In this document: piece after piece, positions 60,881 to 64,000 of the stretch
Layout: each line of letters begins with the position of its first letter
Numbering within the stretch: the first letter of the stretch is position 1
Made by a program: the position numbers and the translations under genes
The notes under the pieces: model-generated
Told to the model about the DNA's origin: nothing
The model's input: the letters and a program-made list of their open reading frames with translations, nothing else
Databases searched by the model: none
From: Mobula hypostoma
Lineage: Eukaryota
NCBI RefSeq assembly: GCF_963921235.1
Contig: NC_086108.1
Location: 43,092,001 to 43,156,000 of the forward strand
DNA length: 64,000 nt
Direction of reading: 5' to 3'

Positions 60881-61120
60881 AGCCTGCAGCCTCTCCTCTA
60901 GTCTCAAGTCTCCAGTCTCCAGCCTGCAGCCTCGCCTCTAGTCTCAAGTCTCCAGTCTCCAGCCTGCAGCCTCTCCTCTAGTCTCAAGTCTCCAGTCTCC
61001 AGCCTGCAGCCTCGCCTCTAGTCTCAAGTCTCCAGTCTCCAGCCTGCAGCCTCGCCTCTAGTCTCAAATCTCCAGTCTCAAGCCTGCAGCCTCGCCTCTA
61101 GTCTCAAGTCTCCAGTCTCC
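60881..61120 (+). repeat. Terminal regular 40-bp tandem repeat (GTCTCAAGTCTCCAGTCTCCAGCCTGCAGCCTCGCCTCTA), about 5.5-6 copies
   Basis: Units start at 60901, 60941, 60981, 61021, 61061 and 61101 (partial), each with 0-2 substitutions. Confidence 0.92.
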
Positions 61121-61503
61121 TGTCAAGCCTAGCCTCGTCTCTTGCCTAGCCTCGAGCCTGAAGACTCCAGCCTCTAGCCTCTTGTCAAGCCAAGCCAAGA
61201 CTTTAGCCTCTAGCCTCAAGCTTCAAGCCTGTAGATTTCTGTCTCGACCTGCCTGCCTGCCAAGCCTCTTCCTTGCCTAGTTCTGGGGCCCGAGCCAGAG
61301 GCAAGATGCAGGTACTGGGTCCTTGTCCAGTCTCTGGCTCGGAGTCCAAGCCCGGGCTCCTAGCTCCCTTGTTCAGTCCTGTTCCAGGTTCCTGGTTTTC
61401 CTGTCCATGTCCTTGCCATCTCCCTGTATCCTAGTCCTGTCCCTAGTACTTCAGTGTCTGTGTCTTGCACTTGGGTCCGTTCCCAGCCAGCACCCTTATG
61501 AAA
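61121..61503 (+). mobile_element. Probable 3' part of an LTR-like element (fish Gypsy-type LTR end) contiguous with the satellite
   Basis: GC- and pyrimidine-rich segment ending ...GTGTCTGTGTCTTGCACTTGGGTCCGTTCCCAGCCAGCACCCTTATGAAA. The TGCA(C/T)TTGGGTCC motif ~25 nt before a terminal TGACA resembles fish Gypsy-like LTR 3' ends as I recall them; here the end reads TGAAA (61499-61503), one mismatch. Composition switches abruptly to AT-rich after it. No 5' end, PBS or TSD is visible. Confidence 0.5.
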
Positions 61504-61609
61504 AGTACACAGTAAGTTTTGCTTTGATCCCAGCATCTGCAGATTATTTTGTGAATAACACTACTGTTTTGTTGATATATATTTAAAATAATATTTGTCT
61601 ATAAAAATT

Positions 61610-61921
61610 AGATTCATTTTATTTGTCACATGTACATCAAAACTTAGTGAAACGGGTCATTTGCATCAATGACCAACACAGTCCAAAAATGCGCTGGGGC
61701 AGACCACAAGTGTCACCAAGCTTCCTGCACAAACCTAGTTTGTTCCCAACTTACTAACCCTAACTTGTAAATCTTTGGAGGAAACCTTAGCACCTGGAGG
61801 AAGCCCATGCGATCGTACGGTGAACAAACAATCTCCTTACAGACAGGGGCAAAAATTGAATCTTGATCTTCTAGCTGGAGCTGTAAAGCATTATGCTAAC
61901 TGTTATACTACTGTGCTGCCC
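61610..61921 (-). mobile_element. tRNA-derived V-SINE (HE1-like, elasmobranch type), decayed, near full length (~310 bp)
   Basis: The minus strand begins GGGCAGCACAGTAGTATAACAGTTAGCATAATGCTTTACAGC (degenerate A box) and continues ...AAGATTCAATT (degenerate B box). Next comes TGTAAGGAGATTGTTTGTTCACCGTACGATCGCATGGGCTTCCTCCAGGTGCTAAGGTTTCCTCCAAAGA, resembling the V-domain (GGAGTTTG..GTTCTCCCCGTG..GCGTGGGTTTCCTCCGGGTGCTCCGGTTTCCTCCCACA.TCCAAAGA). The tail is ...GATGTACATGTGACAAATAAAATGAATCT. Confidence 0.85.
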
Positions 61922-62028
61922 AATATAAGACCAGTAAAATTTCTCTACTCATAACCACATAATCCATATTCAATCAACAATAAATTGCTGGTAGGCATTG
62001 CCATCAATACTATCAGGAGCCAGGTACT

Positions 62029-62457
62029 CACAAGACTACAAATGTGAGCAGGAGAGAGGCACCTGGCCCCTCAAACCCACCTCACCATTCAATATGATCT
62101 TGGCTGATTTGCTACAAGCTTCAACTCCTCTTCTATTCCCCATTGCCCTTAATTCCACATTTTCCCTAAAAGATGTCAACTTCCTCTTTAAATACACTCC
62201 ATGAGCCTCCAGGGTTGAAAAATCCTGAGATTTACCATTCTTTGCAAAAGAAATTCCTTTGCACTTCTGTTTTATATCTCATCCCTTTATCTTATAATTA
62301 GATTCTCTTGTTCAAAGCTCTCCCACTAGTGAAACTCCCATAATTTCCTCTAAGGATCTTCTCTGTTTCAGTAAGATCACACTTCATTCTTTTAAATTCA
62401 AAAGTATATAGATCCAAATTCTTCAGATGCTACAACTCTTTCAATCCAGGAGTTAGG
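62029..62457 (-). mobile_element. 5'-truncated CR1-type LINE remnant (ORF2 C-terminus plus 3' UTR)
   Basis: Minus-strand 62417-62346 translates to LDLYTFEFKRMKCDLTETEKILRG, matching the CR1 ORF2 C-terminal motif LGLYSLE.RR.RGDLIE.YKIL.G. The + strand GAGCAGGAGAGAGGCACCTGGCCCCTCAAACC...CCATTCAATATGATCTTGGCTGAT resembles the reverse-complemented 3' UTR of shark/ray CR1 elements. Confidence 0.85.
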
Positions 62458-62459
62458 TT

Positions 62460-63620
62460 ATCCCAGACATTTTCTGTTCTCACCTCTCCCCCTGACTATC
62501 CTCACGATGTTCGCTCGCAAGATAAAGCAGATTAAATCAACTTCAGAGGAAGAGTAATGAGTCAGAAAGCACCTCTTACACAAGTGTAATTTAAGATACA
62601 TGAACAGCACCACTTAAGGTAGAGTTTAATATAAAATGCTCCAATATGATTTACATCATGAGGAACAGCAATTTCTTTCATTCATAGAACATGAAATTTT
62701 CTATTTGATTTGTGTAGAATGATTTCCTGACTATAATCAAACTGAAAAATCCAATTATCTGTCAAACTATACTATAACAAAGGGGTTTCAATATAGTAAA
62801 TATATTTGTACACTATTATTAATCTCTAGAAATCATTTTCTGTAATAATTAAGCTGTAAAAAATGGATCTATATCATCTGTCAATCAAATCTTGTAATTA
62901 ACAAATTAATTTACTTCAGTAGTCAGAAGTGCAATTAATTTCTAAACTGTCAAAAATAATTTACATTTGATTCCATTAATAAAAAAATTATTGTACATAT
63001 CTTTGTACTCTTCATGAAAGTCCCTCATCTATCACAAACATTTTTTCAAATGATTTCTTAACGATCAATAAGGAAATTTAAAATTTAGGCCATAAGCAAC
63101 AGACTATACACGAACCATCTGCTTACTTAACTTTGCATCGAAACTGTATTTCAATAACATCTCATAAATATGGAGGCTTATCATTCCACTACCTTCATTC
63201 TGGTAACCCTCTGGGGCTTCACATTATTCATGTTTGATCTTGAAAATTGCTTGGCAGACATACGTGAGATAGATGCACAATTTTGTTTGACTGCAATATC
63301 CTTTCTACTTTAAAAAAACACAACATATGTTATACCAAATCTCATGTAAATAATGATTATGGCCAATCTAGGAAGAAGTCAACATCAGAGAGCAAATTTT
63401 ATGACAAGTATACTCAGTTGAAAAGTTTCTCTTTCTATATCTTAAATGACATCAGCATCACCATTGATCATTTCAACTCAAGAACGTGATAATAAATTAC
63501 CCTTTTTATGTGACTGCAGTCTCACTACTAACAGTACTCCTGCAGCATTATTGTAAAAGAATTTGCAAGATTTCAGCCAAGAAACAATAAAAGGACATGT
63601 CAGAATTGTGAATGACTCAA
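62460..63620. other. AT-rich non-coding unique-looking DNA (intergenic or intronic)
   Basis: Strongly AT-rich, CpG-poor, no credible ORF and no repeat family I could recognise. Confidence 0.6.
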
Positions 63621-63907
63621 AGGGGAATCTGTGGTACTTTTCACATTAACTTTTCGGTCCTGTCCTTCTTGGTAATAGAGGTTGTGGGTCTGAGAGGCAC
63701 TGTTACAATCACCTAGTCAAGTAACCGGAGTACATATCACAGAACACTGCTGCCACAGTATATCAGAGATGAACAAAACTAGGATAATGGATAAATGCCA
63801 ATCAAACAGATTGCTTTGGCCTGAATGGTGTTCAGCTTGTGTATTATTTTGGTGCACTCACTGAGGCTAATAGAGAGTATTCCATCAAATTTTTGATATT
63901 AGACTTA
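63620..63907 (-). mobile_element. Old decayed LINE ORF2 fragment (CR1/L2 group, post-RT region)
   Basis: The minus strand translates KSNIKNLMEYSLLASVSAPK* (MEYS at 63885-63874). After a frameshift it reads KLNTIQAKAICLIG (63838-63797). Together these fit the CR1-group motif YK..VRS.MEY...W.......L..IQ..A.RLI. A stop and a frameshift are present. Confidence 0.72.
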
Positions 63908-64000
63908 TTATCATTGATTTAGATCATGTGAAATTTAGTGGAATATAATGAACTGTGAAGTGGCACAATGGTGTTATGATTTAATTGGATTGAAGGAAGT

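Larger units (their letters stand above)
1..61120 (+). repeat. Giant complex satellite/minisatellite array of 5-nt (CCTCG) and 7-nt (YCTCNAG-like) words; commonest unit is the 24-mer CCTCGCCTCGCCTCWAGTCTCCAG; truncated by the left window edge
   Basis: Read directly: continuous same-orientation concatenation of CCTCG/CCTTG/CCTCA with CCTCTAG, CCTCAAG, TCTCCAG, CCTGCAG, TCTCAAG, TCTCTAG. The six-frame track gives only the repeating peptides LASPLVSS, PRLASSLQ, SPRLKSPA (+) and EARRGWRL, RGEARLET, RRGEAGD (-). Confidence 0.99.

Noticed and set aside
1..61120. CRISPR-like or other repeat-spacer array
   Set aside because: There are no unique spacers, since sequence between repeats is made of the same words. 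No cas genes are present and the context is vertebrate.
1..61120. Immunoglobulin switch-region-like G-rich pentamer repeat on the minus strand
   Set aside because: The AGCT/GAGCT and GGGGT/GGGCT motifs typical of switch regions are nearly absent, and no Ig exons are visible.
1..61120. Chi-like or minisatellite-core motif (GCTGGAGA on the minus strand versus GCTGGTGG)
   Set aside because: Only a partial match in a low-complexity repeat, and bacterial Chi has no supported role here.
61323..61586. 87-aa hydrophobic ORF
   Set aside because: TTG start, low-complexity CT-rich origin, crosses the element/flank boundary, and has no recognisable domain.
61754..61764. Telomere-like CTAACCCTAAC
   Set aside because: Under two units long and lies inside the SINE body, so it is not a telomeric tract.
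61845..61921. Possible tRNA gene on the minus strand
   Set aside because: The A/B boxes are degenerate, no convincing cloverleaf forms, and it is directly followed by the V-domain. It is the SINE head.
61998..62204. 68-aa ORF on the + strand
   Set aside because: It is antisense to the CR1 3' end, starts at TTG, and is most likely a chance ORF.
63283..63489. 68-aa ORF in AT-rich DNA
   Set aside because: Non-ATG start, no recognisable motif and no clear exon evidence. A small exon cannot be excluded without RNA-seq.

Overview
Eukaryotic non-coding DNA. No protein-coding gene, structural RNA gene or CRISPR array is supported. About 95% of the window (1 to ~61,120) is one C-rich, strongly strand-asymmetric complex satellite that is open at the left edge. 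It is built almost entirely from two G-terminated word classes: pentamers (CCTCG and variants) and heptamers (CCTCTAG, CCTCAAG, TCTCCAG, CCTGCAG, TCTCAAG). The array has variant-defined domains and nested duplications from 40 bp to ~5.3 kb. At its right end it grades into a diverged seed region with the same 5/7-mer grammar, then into ~270 bp that resemble the 3' end of a fish Gypsy-type LTR. The main hypothesis is that the satellite expanded from a short repeat inside a transposable element. The last ~2.5 kb is AT-rich and holds a minus-strand tRNA-derived V-SINE (HE1-like) and two decayed CR1-group LINE fragments, which suggests a cartilaginous fish (ray/shark). The listed ORFs inside the array are repeat-translation artefacts. 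Family assignments come from recalled similarity, not database searches.
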